A DNA stretch of 44,052 nucleotides, taken from positions 1-44,052 of the IMG/VR virus record IMGVR_UViG_3300038708_000013; one strand, 5' to 3'. Below, in pieces: positions 1 through 9,000 of this stretch. The notes beneath the pieces are model-generated. The model was given only the letters and a program-made list of their open reading frames with translations, was not told where the DNA came from and searched no databases. The stretch is from a virus. Within the stretch, counting starts at the first letter, position 1. Each line of letters starts with the position of its first letter. Position numbers and translations under genes: made by a program.

Positions 1-99
1 ACTATACACAGTAAGGCTTTGACGCTAAATGATTGATTTAATGAGAGATAAGCGACTATCAGTAGCTCCTATGATCGATAGTATCAACCAATCACGTTA
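1..99. repeat. 99-bp terminal direct repeat, left copy (identical to 43954..44052)
   Basis: Direct reading: the first 99 nt (actatacacagtaaggc...ccaatcacgtta) equal the last 99 nt of the window. Confidence 0.97.
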
Positions 100-142
100 A
101 AGCTTTACAGACAAACGCTTTCAGGTTTTTTGTTTTGGTTCA

Positions 143-159
143 TGGTACGAATATGGTAC
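143..159 (+). repeat. TGGTAC-GAATA-TGGTAC, putative integrase arm-type site pair (int-distal arm)
   Basis: I found the 17-mer tggtacgaatatggtac only here and at 43864..43880. The two copies flank the 99-bp repeat in the circular map. Confidence 0.5.
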
Positions 160-170
160 GAAACTTTGCC

Positions 171-234
171 AAAACCTAGCTTCTCAAAAACCCACTATTC
201 CGAGTGACAAGCTGCTTTGCTTCTCAAAACCTAG
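171..234 (+). repeat. Direct repeats AAAACCTAG (171..179, 226..234) and GCTTCTCAAAA (179..189, 219..229)
   Basis: Read directly in att-adjacent non-coding DNA. Possible accessory-factor or arm sites. Confidence 0.4.
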
Positions 235-238
235 ACAC

Positions 239-269
239 AAAAAACGCCCTGCCAAATTAATGACAGGGC
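239..269 (-). terminator. Intrinsic terminator closing the late operon
   Basis: Minus strand GCCCTGTCA-loop-TGGCAGGGC followed by GTTTTTT, 23 nt after the endolysin stop. Confidence 0.75.
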
Positions 270-291
270 ACAGGGTAAACCTATTCGAATG

Positions 292-864
292 CTACTTTGG
301 ATAACTTGACCAAGGTAGCTGATAATGAGGGCCATCCTTAAATGTTTTCCAATCTCCGCCCCATTCAATACTAACACCAACCTCTTTAGCTGCTTGCTTT
401 ATGGCGTCAGCTAATGGATGGTAATAATCCCAATCCCATGTAACTTGACCATCTTCATCAAGTGCGATTAAGTCCACGGCATGACCTGTTAGGTGGCGGC
501 TATTCATGGTCTTACTAGCACCTTTAGCGACTAGCTCTTTTTGCCTTGCAAGTGTTCGCATACCTTCGCCAACCGTAAAGTCAACCGTTGTAATTTGAAT
601 AGCGCGATTGACCACTTTTTGCAAATCAGCGTGGATTGGTGCTAGTCGCTTTAGTGATGTGGCGCTTAACTTGTATTTACCATTGTCGCTAAGTGGTGGA
701 ATTTTAGTATCTGTAAGTGCTGTTACTGCGTTATCTATACTATCTAATGATTTCAGGACGGCTGCTAGTGAGTCTTTACCGAAGTCACCGTCAATTAGCT
801 TGTCGTTGTAAAATCCAGCAGCAGCCAATGCTGTTTGCGCCTGTGTTATATGTGATTTACTCAT
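292..864 (-). CDS. Endolysin: PG-binding domain plus M15-family zinc peptidase
   Basis: Track ORF 292..888. Start moved to ATG 864 (MSKSH) behind GGGG. Motifs LIDGDFGKDSLAAV, SRHLTGHAVDL and GGDWKTFKDGPHYQ. Confidence 0.75.
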   Translation of the reverse strand: MSKSHITQAQTALAAAGFYNDKLIDGDFGKDSLAAVLKSLDSIDNAVTALTDTKIPPLSDNGKYKLSATSLKRLAPIHADLQKVVNRAIQITTVDFTVGEGMRTLARQKELVAKGASKTMNSRHLTGHAVDLIALDEDGQVTWDWDYYHPLADAIKQAAKEVGVSIEWGGDWKTFKDGPHYQLPWSSYPK

Positions 865-874
865 TTTTATCCCC

Positions 875-898
875 AAAAAAAACCGCAATTAAGCGGCT
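875..898 (-). terminator. Weak terminator-like hairpin between holin-like gene and endolysin
   Basis: Minus strand AGCCGC-TTAATT-GCGGTT followed by T8. Short stem. Confidence 0.35.
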
Positions 899-901
899 AA
901 G

Positions 902-1300
902 TTATTTCGGCAACCATTTTTTAATCCTGCGCTTAACCCCGTCAAAGAACATCACGATAGTTTCAACGATGTTATCTATAAGTGTTGACGTTAAGATATT
1001 GAGCAGTGATTTAAAAAACTTTGGTGCGCTTTGTTTGATTTCCTCAATTAAAAACTGACCAGTTAGACCAATGCCGCCACCAATGGCAGCATGGACTGTG
1101 ACAAACTCCATTTCTTTAGTTACAGCTAGATATTCAGATAGTGCGCTAGCGACGAGCATTGACAGCATTGTGAACAAGATTGCTATTCTAATGCCGTAAC
1201 GCTCGACTGGATTCATAGCTAGCGATCCGATTAGGCAGCCGCATATAGCCGCCAATATTTGAAGTAAAGGCGACTGTAAAAGTAAATTTACAATTTCCAC
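902..1300 (-). CDS. Putative holin (three hydrophobic helices, basic C-terminus)
   Basis: Hydrophobic segments plus KRRIKKWLPK tail. Lies immediately 5' of the endolysin. Confidence 0.45.
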   Translation of the reverse strand: MEIVNLLLQSPLLQILAAICGCLIGSLAMNPVERYGIRIAILFTMLSMLVASALSEYLAVTKEMEFVTVHAAIGGGIGLTGQFLIEEIKQSAPKFFKSLLNILTSTLIDNIVETIVMFFDGVKRRIKKWLPK

Positions 1301-1302
1301 CT

Positions 1303-1782
1303 TTACCCCTCATTGGCTAATTCGTCTGCTATGACTCGCACTGTTTTCATTCTTTTAACTGATGCCATTAAGCACATAATGCCGTGTAAGAAGTAGATAG
1401 GCACCGCTGTAGATAATGGAGGGTAATCACTAGCAAAGATGCCTGACAGCGATATAAAGACCACTGACGACAATGCTAGCCCTATTGCTGACCGCCTATC
1501 TGAGCGTAAAGACTTCTTAACGAGCGCGAACCAACAGCCAGTGCCAAGAATGAACATGGCTATCCATACCCATATCGAGGACACGTAAGTAAAGCCGCGA
1601 TATGGGTACTGCAAGATAATATCAGCCGCGCCAATAATGAAGATGATCGAGAATGACCACAGCATACCGACGTTTGCAACCTCAACTGGCCTTACGCTAT
1701 TTGCTGTCGGGAATATCCAATCTATCAGCTTGCTAAACTTAAAAAAATAGCGACTTATCAAGCCGCATTGATTGTTAGGCAT
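1303..1782 (-). CDS. Multi-pass membrane protein of the lysis cluster, function unknown
   Basis: About four hydrophobic segments. RBS GAGGGGGG. Stop is 2 nt from the next start. Confidence 0.5.
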   Translation of the reverse strand: MPNNQCGLISRYFFKFSKLIDWIFPTANSVRPVEVANVGMLWSFSIIFIIGAADIILQYPYRGFTYVSSIWVWIAMFILGTGCWFALVKKSLRSDRRSAIGLALSSVVFISLSGIFASDYPPLSTAVPIYFLHGIMCLMASVKRMKTVRVIADELANEG

Positions 1783-1807
1783 AACGCCCCCCTCAAAATT
1801 TAGATAT

Positions 1808-1830
1808 AAAAAAACCCCGATTAAGGGGCT
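1808..1830 (-). terminator. Intrinsic terminator after the hydrolase-TPR gene
   Basis: Minus strand AGCCCC-TTAATC-GGGG followed by T7. Confidence 0.7.
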
Positions 1831-1851
1831 TTGTTTAAAAATATTAAGAAC

Positions 1852-2973
1852 CTACTGCAACTTACTCAAAGCGTCTTTATAAGCTTTCCGTTTGGGTTGT
1901 AGTCTAACAACTTCTTTTAGCTGCGAAATAGCCTGTTGTTTATCATCGATCTCAATATAAATCATAGCTAACTCATATCTTGATTGGTAAGATTCAGGCC
2001 ACCGGCTCTGAATATCCAAGTGCATCCTAATAGCATCATCTAGCAGCCCAATTCTTCTAAAGTATTGAGCAACACCAACATGATGTTCTGGAATGTCTGG
2101 ACGCAAAGCCAAGGCCATCAACATATAATCTTTGCCTTTGCTAAAGTCTTTATGTCGATACAACAAACTACCCATAATATATTGAGCATGAGAGGCAGCA
2201 GCATATTTGGATAGGGCTATCTCAAGAAACGCTCTTGCATTATCATTATCTTTGCTTTGATATGCAGACCAACCAAAATAATAATTTTCTGCAAAACCCT
2301 CGTAGTTCAAAGCCCTACCTGCATCTTTCTGTTTATTTATCTTGCTGCCCGACATAAATAGCCACAACATAGGTAAAAACTGGCCGTTAGAAACCAGCGT
2401 CCTTAATACCGTATGTTCGTCATTAGGAAAAGTTGTTACTTCAACATTTTCGAAATCTTTTACTAAATCGGCGCAATATAAGTCAACTGGGTCGCGTTCT
2501 CCTGTGTATATATAAAATAAAGACTTGCTTCCTTCAATCTTGTTTCTTATATCATGAAACCTAACAGTGGTTTCTACCGGCATCATTTTAGCCGAACGAC
2601 TGTGTGGTAACTTTAGTAAAATTTCTGGGCTAAATGCTAGAGCATTGCAATTCAACTCCGCGCCGTAAAATATTGCCGCCCAACCACCCATGCTAGAACC
2701 ACAAGTGTAAACCTCCTTAATATCGTTCTTAGAAACTATGGATTTTATCGCGGAAATAGTGCCCTCATGACTATTGGCTAAGCCTGACACCCCATTCTGA
2801 TACCAGTCGTTTTCTGCAACTCGTAAGAAAAGTATGTTGTGCGGTATCTTATCCCTCAGACCCCATAGATTAAATCTGCCAGCCTTTGTTCCTGTGGCAC
2901 TAAGAATTATCAAAAGCTTGCTGGATGTTGGCTTTAGATGTAAATAATGCGTATCTGACAGTTGCATATTCAT
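1852..2973 (-). CDS. Alpha/beta-hydrolase (serine esterase-like) fused to C-terminal TPR repeats
   Basis: GxSxG elbow GSSMGG at aa 92-97, candidate acid ERDPVD and His NDEHTV. C-terminal half has 34-aa TPR-like periodicity (ALALRPD, LKEVVRLQP). No signal peptide. AT-rich. Confidence 0.6.
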   Translation of the reverse strand: MNMQLSDTHYLHLKPTSSKLLIILSATGTKAGRFNLWGLRDKIPHNILFLRVAENDWYQNGVSGLANSHEGTISAIKSIVSKNDIKEVYTCGSSMGGWAAIFYGAELNCNALAFSPEILLKLPHSRSAKMMPVETTVRFHDIRNKIEGSKSLFYIYTGERDPVDLYCADLVKDFENVEVTTFPNDEHTVLRTLVSNGQFLPMLWLFMSGSKINKQKDAGRALNYEGFAENYYFGWSAYQSKDNDNARAFLEIALSKYAAASHAQYIMGSLLYRHKDFSKGKDYMLMALALRPDIPEHHVGVAQYFRRIGLLDDAIRMHLDIQSRWPESYQSRYELAMIYIEIDDKQQAISQLKEVVRLQPKRKAYKDALSKLQ

Positions 2974-2990
2974 TGACTTACCTTTAAGTG

Positions 2991-3045
2991 GATATGTAGC
3001 GTAACGCCATATTAACTAATTTTTCATGGCGAAGCACTACATATC
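2991..3045. repeat. 55-bp interrupted inverted repeat at the tailspike/cargo junction
   Basis: GATATGTAG (2991..2999) pairs with CTACATATC (3037..3045). CGCCAT (3005..3010) pairs with ATGGCG (3026..3031). No flanking T-run. Confidence 0.6.
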
Positions 3046-3061
3046 AAGGATTTTGAAAGCT

Positions 3062-6013
3062 CTACCTCCAAAACCCCTTAGCATACAAACTCATACCTGC
3101 CACTGACGATGAAGGACTGCCGCTTGTTGTAGCTGTATTATCCGATATCGTGATAGTGGCTTGTGTTATAGATGTTGATATAGCAGCCCCCACTCTAGAT
3201 GTTGTCATGCTTGTCGCTGTAGCATTTACATAAATACTCGCCGTGTCGGAAAAAGATACAGGGAATGTCCAAGTGTACGGCTGTGTTGCACCTATCGTCA
3301 CGTTACGCGCCCAACATTCCATAGAACCATCTAAGTACTTCACCCATGAGCCATTAGCGTTTGTACCACTACGTCCAATAGGTTTAAGTATTTGACCATC
3401 ATTATCAACCGTACCGCTAAAGTTGATTTGATTGATTGGGTAGGCAGCACTAGGGGATAGTGTATTTACATTTCCTACGACGCCCCCGACTAAAGTCAGG
3501 GTAGCTCCGTTGCCTGATTCAGCCTGTAAGAATACAGCCTCGTCACCATCACTCCCTGACGGAATTTCTAGATTTAATCCAATTAATCGGCATTTGCTAT
3601 CAGCCCATATCGCTTGATCGCTCGCTGTACTAATTCGTCTTGAGTCAGACGATGGCAAGCGCCCAATGATAGTTGCTCTAGTGTTATACATCCTAGCACT
3701 ATGACGACCAGACCAACCCATCTGACTAAAATCCAAACGCTTAATCACTGCGTTCTCAGAATACAATCCATACTCCGATGATTTACTTGTCATGTTGATG
3801 TAATCCATTTCAACTGATAAGTCTAAAGTTACAGCGGCACCCGTACCAAGTGCTTTTGGCACTGGTGTACAAGGGATGTCCAATCCTCCAGGTGCAACAT
3901 AGCCAGTTGCCCGAACTTCAATAATATCCGTACCTGATTTTATTTTTAACAAGTCGTTAGGACTAACAGCAGCCAATGTTGACGAAAAAGCTGTAATTGG
4001 TATGGAAGTTGCACCAACAGCGATTGCTGCTGTGGTAGTTGTCGTGTATGTCGAACCCTGCAAGTAAACCGTGCAGTTTTTAGCCTCATAACCCTTTGCA
4101 TACAAGTCGCTAACCGTATTATTCCTAGAGTTACCTAAGTCAATATTGGTGCGTAATAACGTGCCGCCTTTTTGGTTCTGAATGCGCACAACACCGTCAG
4201 AGCCAGCGATATCAGCAACCCAATTACCAGTGCCAGACAGTATGTAAAATGATCTAGGACAACCATATAGACGACAAACACCCATATCTACACGCCCACG
4301 CACACCGCGCATACGTATTACTTCATCGCCACTATTACAATAAATTGTATGACCTTTAACGGTTAAATCCATATCGCCTTGACGCTGTAAAAATTTATCA
4401 GTGCCAGTGTACTTTTCAAACTTGCTCGTGCCTTCGCCTTTAAAAAGCACGGCATAGATTTCTGTACCAACATTGATGTTATAACCTGTTACATAGCCAA
4501 TCCTGTTCCCTGTGTTAACGCGGCCTACTTGCTCACCTTGGGCGTAAGCGCCACCTATGTCGCCAACACCAACCCAGTATGGGTGCGTTAGACCGTCACA
4601 TTCAAAATCGCTAATTGTGCAGTTGATGGTAGATGCAAGCTCAAAACCTTTAAAAAAACCATGGTCTGCTGCTTTCATGACCTTGCTTGTGGTTAACTGA
4701 CATGACTCAGGATGCCAAGTCTTTTCAATCGGATAAGCGCCTTTATCTGGTATTTCTGCTCCACCAGGTGGCGTATATCTCCCGCCCCAGTGGAATAGGC
4801 ACAACATAAGAGAAGCTACATTTGTCGCTGCATCGAATGGGTCAACTTCAAAAATCACGTTTCTTATACGCCCAATACCTATACACATTTGTGATGGGTC
4901 ACTATCCTGAAATTCTAGATTATTGGCTGTATCATTAACCACCCTAGCGGCTCGAATAATCTCACTTTTAATCTTAATGTTATGCACTTCTACATGGTCA
5001 ACTGGCAGAAGAAAACCAGAGCCGACGCACAATATAACACCGTACTGACCATTATTTGATGGCTTAGAGCCGTTGTAACTGTACTGACCAATAGTGAGCT
5101 TCGCTGTATATCTAGAACCACTCTCTTTTGAGTAGATACCTTGCGATGGTAATGCGTAGTGTGTCCACAAAGTTCCCGAAACTTCTAAGTTTCCAAAAAC
5201 GGTAAACACTTGGCACACCTCAACAATAACACCCGCTAACGGTGCTACATTCAAAACCACTGTATTTCCCACAACCTGATACTCTGACTCTAAGTATATT
5301 TTGTGCTGATCGTCAGCTCCAGCGCCTGTAGAATCGTATGCGTGAACAACGATATCAGACGCATTGTCATACTTGAAATCAACTGAAAATGTTTTTTTAG
5401 ACCCATCTGCACCCTGCCTGTTAAATGAGCGAATGTAATAGCTACCAGCTGCTAAAACCTTTTCACAACCTCTAATCTTTGCGTACTTCATTGCAGCATT
5501 GAACGCTTCAATATCGTTTGTGCCCGACAGCATACGTGGGCCGCAAGTATCAGCATTGACACCCGCCATATCACCTTTTTTAACAAGTTGCCATTTAAGA
5601 TCACCTTTTGCACCAAACATTTCAGGTGTTGGTACTGCCTCATCAAGTAGCCAGTACGCACCGTCTGCTGTTTGAAACCATGCTTGATTTGGGTATTGAG
5701 AAACGGTGGATAGATCGCTTCTTGCATATTTAGCACCGCCCTTTCCGTTGTCTGAGTAAGACCGCGTAATCATGCTTGATATATTTAGAGGCGGTGTCTT
5801 AGTTCTTGCTGAATCCACAGAATCAAAAAAACCATCTTCAATTGACTCTACAAAGTCGATAGTGCTGTTGATCTTTTTCGTTATATCGTAAAGCAACTTA
5901 TTAAACCATTGTCTTTCTGGCTTCTCAGATTGCAAAAAACCTTGATTAACATCTAAGTTATCAAGGTTTTTGTCGCCATCTTTGGCAAATTCTTCAAGTT
6001 TTTCTATACTCAT
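3062..6013 (-). CDS. Tailspike / receptor-binding protein with probable beta-helix depolymerase domain
   Basis: 983 aa. N-terminal anchor is shared with the next gene. PEMFGAKGD...NDIEAFNAAMKYA resembles a pectate-lyase-type signature. C-terminal NGSWVKYLDGSMECWA resembles a fibre tip. Confidence 0.65.
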   Translation of the reverse strand: MSIEKLEEFAKDGDKNLDNLDVNQGFLQSEKPERQWFNKLLYDITKKINSTIDFVESIEDGFFDSVDSARTKTPPLNISSMITRSYSDNGKGGAKYARSDLSTVSQYPNQAWFQTADGAYWLLDEAVPTPEMFGAKGDLKWQLVKKGDMAGVNADTCGPRMLSGTNDIEAFNAAMKYAKIRGCEKVLAAGSYYIRSFNRQGADGSKKTFSVDFKYDNASDIVVHAYDSTGAGADDQHKIYLESEYQVVGNTVVLNVAPLAGVIVEVCQVFTVFGNLEVSGTLWTHYALPSQGIYSKESGSRYTAKLTIGQYSYNGSKPSNNGQYGVILCVGSGFLLPVDHVEVHNIKIKSEIIRAARVVNDTANNLEFQDSDPSQMCIGIGRIRNVIFEVDPFDAATNVASLMLCLFHWGGRYTPPGGAEIPDKGAYPIEKTWHPESCQLTTSKVMKAADHGFFKGFELASTINCTISDFECDGLTHPYWVGVGDIGGAYAQGEQVGRVNTGNRIGYVTGYNINVGTEIYAVLFKGEGTSKFEKYTGTDKFLQRQGDMDLTVKGHTIYCNSGDEVIRMRGVRGRVDMGVCRLYGCPRSFYILSGTGNWVADIAGSDGVVRIQNQKGGTLLRTNIDLGNSRNNTVSDLYAKGYEAKNCTVYLQGSTYTTTTTAAIAVGATSIPITAFSSTLAAVSPNDLLKIKSGTDIIEVRATGYVAPGGLDIPCTPVPKALGTGAAVTLDLSVEMDYINMTSKSSEYGLYSENAVIKRLDFSQMGWSGRHSARMYNTRATIIGRLPSSDSRRISTASDQAIWADSKCRLIGLNLEIPSGSDGDEAVFLQAESGNGATLTLVGGVVGNVNTLSPSAAYPINQINFSGTVDNDGQILKPIGRSGTNANGSWVKYLDGSMECWARNVTIGATQPYTWTFPVSFSDTASIYVNATATSMTTSRVGAAISTSITQATITISDNTATTSGSPSSSVAGMSLYAKGFWR

Positions 6014-6022
6014 ATTTTACCC

Positions 6023-6685
6023 CTAGGCTGTTCTTATCCAGTAAGCGACGACGATTGATGGCTGTATGTTGTTGTGAGATTTACCACCACCGATGGATTT
6101 TTCTTTTGCGTTATTCCAATTTGCTAGAGGCATTTTCCCGACTATCTCGCCGTCTTCCTCCTCACCCGTAAATACAGGTGTATTTTTACCAAGGTCAACA
6201 TCAGTCCAGTCTCCCCAAACAGCTACAAACTTGTTGTATTGGTCGCTAGGACTGTGCTTGTGCGATGGGGTTTCGTTGACGGTTAGCGTATGAGTATCTT
6301 CACCAAACTCATTGCCCATAATTCTGTAAGCATCTAAAGTGCTTGTTGATGCTGAATAACCAACAAGCGTCTTACCCTCAGCGAATCGCTGCCAAGTACC
6401 ATAGCCTTTTGCTGCTGCTACCTCGCTAGCTGACTGGTAATCATTGACCGTAAAAAAACCCTCACCTACGGCAATCGGCTTTAGCAATGGCTCTATCTTT
6501 GCATCAAGCGCGTTCACTGCATCCACAAGTTGATTGGTTTTTGCAGTAACCATATTGAAAAGATAATTCATCCATTGTCGGTAAGGCTTTTGCTGCCTTG
6601 GAAAACCTGTTGTCAGCGTCAGTCCACTAATGGATTTATCGCCATTAACTGCAAACTCGCTTAATTTATTTATACTCATAACCAT
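6023..6685 (-). CDS. Short tail fibre with tail-collar-type C-terminal domain
   Basis: Motif GEDTHTLTVNETPSHKHS. N-terminus GF..QKPYRQWMNYL parallels the tailspike. An alternative ATG at 6679 forms an ATGA overlap. Confidence 0.6.
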   Translation of the reverse strand: MVMSINKLSEFAVNGDKSISGLTLTTGFPRQQKPYRQWMNYLFNMVTAKTNQLVDAVNALDAKIEPLLKPIAVGEGFFTVNDYQSASEVAAAKGYGTWQRFAEGKTLVGYSASTSTLDAYRIMGNEFGEDTHTLTVNETPSHKHSPSDQYNKFVAVWGDWTDVDLGKNTPVFTGEEEDGEIVGKMPLANWNNAKEKSIGGGKSHNNIQPSIVVAYWIRTA

Positions 6686-7425
6686 GAATCCTGTTCGTCA
6701 ATAACTGCAATCATATCTTTGCGCTCTGTTGACCAAAAACCGCCGATGCTTGGGTCGTCGCTATCACCTAACGGCAACGTGTCTGGCTGGTCTTTAAACC
6801 CAAAGTCATCATAAGTGCCATTTAATACCGCCACCCCTACGCCCATTGGCCTTGGTATCATGATTCGTAATAGTTGTATCTCGTATCGTGTGAAATCACG
6901 CTCAGGCGCGATAATGATCGCCATTGGTTTTTCCACATACTTAAATTTGACACCATCACCCATAAACATTGAAGCAATCTCGATAATCTCAGGCGGCGTA
7001 CAATTACTTTTGTTTTTAAGTATTTGAGCCTTGATGACGGTCTTATACATCGACTCGTCAATCAATTGGTCTTTGTAGCTCGGCTGCCCAAACTCCATCC
7101 AGTGACCACCGAATGACTTATCGTAAAGCTCACCCATTGGCAGTGATTCATCTTGGTCAACAAAGCCAAAATACCCTGCTATCGGTACAGCACTCGGCAC
7201 AACGGCTGGAGCACCAACAATGCGACCAATGAGCGCGAGTTTCACACCCTCAGCCGTGTCCACATCAATATCTAGCAGCTCAAAAAAAGCGTCTTGTACG
7301 TTGATTAATGGGTTAAGGGTTTTCGCTATCCATAGCCTAAATAGCAATGACTGTCCGTATTGGTGTCCATGCCTCGATAAGCCTGTCTGCACTATGTCAA
7401 ACGGCTCTAATTCGTTAGCCATCAA
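6676..7425 (-). CDS. Baseplate wedge / fibre-connector protein (DUF2612-like)
   Basis: Position directly after the Baseplate_J-like gene. Family recalled from memory of similar modules. Confidence 0.4.
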   Translation of the reverse strand: MMANELEPFDIVQTGLSRHGHQYGQSLLFRLWIAKTLNPLINVQDAFFELLDIDVDTAEGVKLALIGRIVGAPAVVPSAVPIAGYFGFVDQDESLPMGELYDKSFGGHWMEFGQPSYKDQLIDESMYKTVIKAQILKNKSNCTPPEIIEIASMFMGDGVKFKYVEKPMAIIIAPERDFTRYEIQLLRIMIPRPMGVGVAVLNGTYDDFGFKDQPDTLPLGDSDDPSIGGFWSTERKDMIAVIDEQDSWL

Positions 7426-8570
7426 ATCACCTCGACATTGTTAGTGCTGATTGATATGCGTTCGTTAAATTCAAGATAGATAGACTTCTCAGCCAGTGCC
7501 TCATTGCCTTTTGCCAGCTCAATGCGGTCGATTGCAAAGCCGCCAATCTCGTTAAGTGGCGTGTATAAGGCTGAATTGATGATGTCACCACCGACTGCAA
7601 TCTCATCGTTCAGATAGTCAAGCACCGCCTCTTTGATAAGGCTTGCTGTGCTGAATGAATAACCGCTTAGTGGTGTGATATAAACCGCAACTTTGATTGT
7701 CACATCGATTGGTCGGCTAAATTTCATTACCTGCTCGTTGCCGACCTCATCAATGATGATGTATTCCTCTGTACCTGCGACCTCTGTACCGCCTGTCTTG
7801 CTCGCCCATATAGTTTGTGCAATCTGCGCCTCATCACCGCCTGATATAACAACGTGTATGCTATGGGGTGGCAATCCGCGACTGTCTGTGTATTGCGTGG
7901 CGTTCTCAAGCACTGAGACTTCAATAACTCCTGACAAGTCGGACAACTTCGCCCACAGCGCCTCGGTCATATTTCGATTGCCTTTTGATACGCTGCCTCG
8001 TCTGCGTTCGCGTAATTGCTGATCCGTTTCTCTTAACTTGCCAACCGTCATGGCTGCTGTATTGGTCACACTTGACCAACCGAATAATGGTGATTTAATA
8101 ACGGTCAACGTGTCAGCACTAGCACTGATTGCACCCATAGCATCAGGCATGGCCTCAACTATCGCTGTTCCTGTCTCATCAATGCGAACGTCCTCAGTGG
8201 TATAAACCTCAACCGTACCGCTTGCATTACTAACGCTGCTACCTTTGGGTATCAATACGAGTGGCGTACCTGTGACGGTCAAATTAACGATGCTGTACGC
8301 GCCTTGACTGCGCTCAATGCCGTTAATCTTAACTAGCCGTGACAAACTGTTGCCAAATGCCAAATCAGGGTCAAACGACATCCATACCAACTCGGCCAAT
8401 TCATCAAGGTCAGCAATCGCCTCAGCAAACAAGCTGATATGCTGTCCGTCCATCGTGTCGCTAGACAAATCGATGTCTTGACCAAAGATTGCCCTAGCAT
8501 CACCTTGTATCTCAGCCAATCGTTCAATAAGCCGTGTGCGCTCAAATCCTGTATCAGTTAATTGCGTCAT
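7422..8570 (-). CDS. Baseplate J-like protein
   Basis: 382 aa. N-terminal region typical of Baseplate_J. ATGA-type overlaps on both sides. Confidence 0.6.
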   Translation of the reverse strand: MTQLTDTGFERTRLIERLAEIQGDARAIFGQDIDLSSDTMDGQHISLFAEAIADLDELAELVWMSFDPDLAFGNSLSRLVKINGIERSQGAYSIVNLTVTGTPLVLIPKGSSVSNASGTVEVYTTEDVRIDETGTAIVEAMPDAMGAISASADTLTVIKSPLFGWSSVTNTAAMTVGKLRETDQQLRERRRGSVSKGNRNMTEALWAKLSDLSGVIEVSVLENATQYTDSRGLPPHSIHVVISGGDEAQIAQTIWASKTGGTEVAGTEEYIIIDEVGNEQVMKFSRPIDVTIKVAVYITPLSGYSFSTASLIKEAVLDYLNDEIAVGGDIINSALYTPLNEIGGFAIDRIELAKGNEALAEKSIYLEFNERISISTNNVEVI

Positions 8571-8931
8571 TTTCGATTAGCTCCAGAATGTTGAGTGATT
8601 GTGTGAGGTTGATATTTCCGTAAACTGTGCCAATGCTTGCAATAACCAATGCCTGACGCTCGCCCATATCGACGCTGACAGCATCAACGGTTGTCACGGT
8701 ATCAATGCCTAGCAATGCCTTTTTAATCGTTTCAGTGAGTAGCTGCGTGTCCGTTCGTTGCCCTAGCACATCGCCCCACGGCACACCGTCACGGCTATCG
8801 AGAAACCACTCACCGCGCAATTGCATCAGCGTGGTTTTGCACTTTTGCAAACACTCATCAAGCCCCGTGATAATGTCAGCTTGACCATTGCCAAAGCTGT
8901 AATCGTTATTTATTAGCCGTCTTGTGGACAT
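8554..8931 (-). CDS. Small baseplate wedge protein (W/gp25-like position)
   Basis: 125 aa, immediately 5' of the J-like gene. Confidence 0.4.
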   Translation of the reverse strand: MSTRRLINNDYSFGNGQADIITGLDECLQKCKTTLMQLRGEWFLDSRDGVPWGDVLGQRTDTQLLTETIKKALLGIDTVTTVDAVSVDMGERQALVIASIGTVYGNINLTQSLNILELIENDAIN

Positions 8932-8950
8932 AGCACTTTCCTTTAGGCAT

Positions 8951-8975
8951 AAAAAAAGCCACCGATTAAGGTGAC
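8951..8975 (-). terminator. Intrinsic terminator after the lipoprotein cassette
   Basis: Minus strand GTCACC-TTAATC-GGTGGC followed by T7. Confidence 0.7.
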
Positions 8976-9000
8976 TTGTTTTGATCTGTTTTTTTAATGT

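Noticed and set aside
1-99. Terminal repeat as a packaging DTR (cos- or T7-type ends)
   Set aside because: The repeat lies in the int-adjacent att-like region, far from the terminase genes. The portal and Mu-F-like module looks more like headful packaging. An att core or an assembly overlap fits better, though this is not excluded without virion end sequencing.
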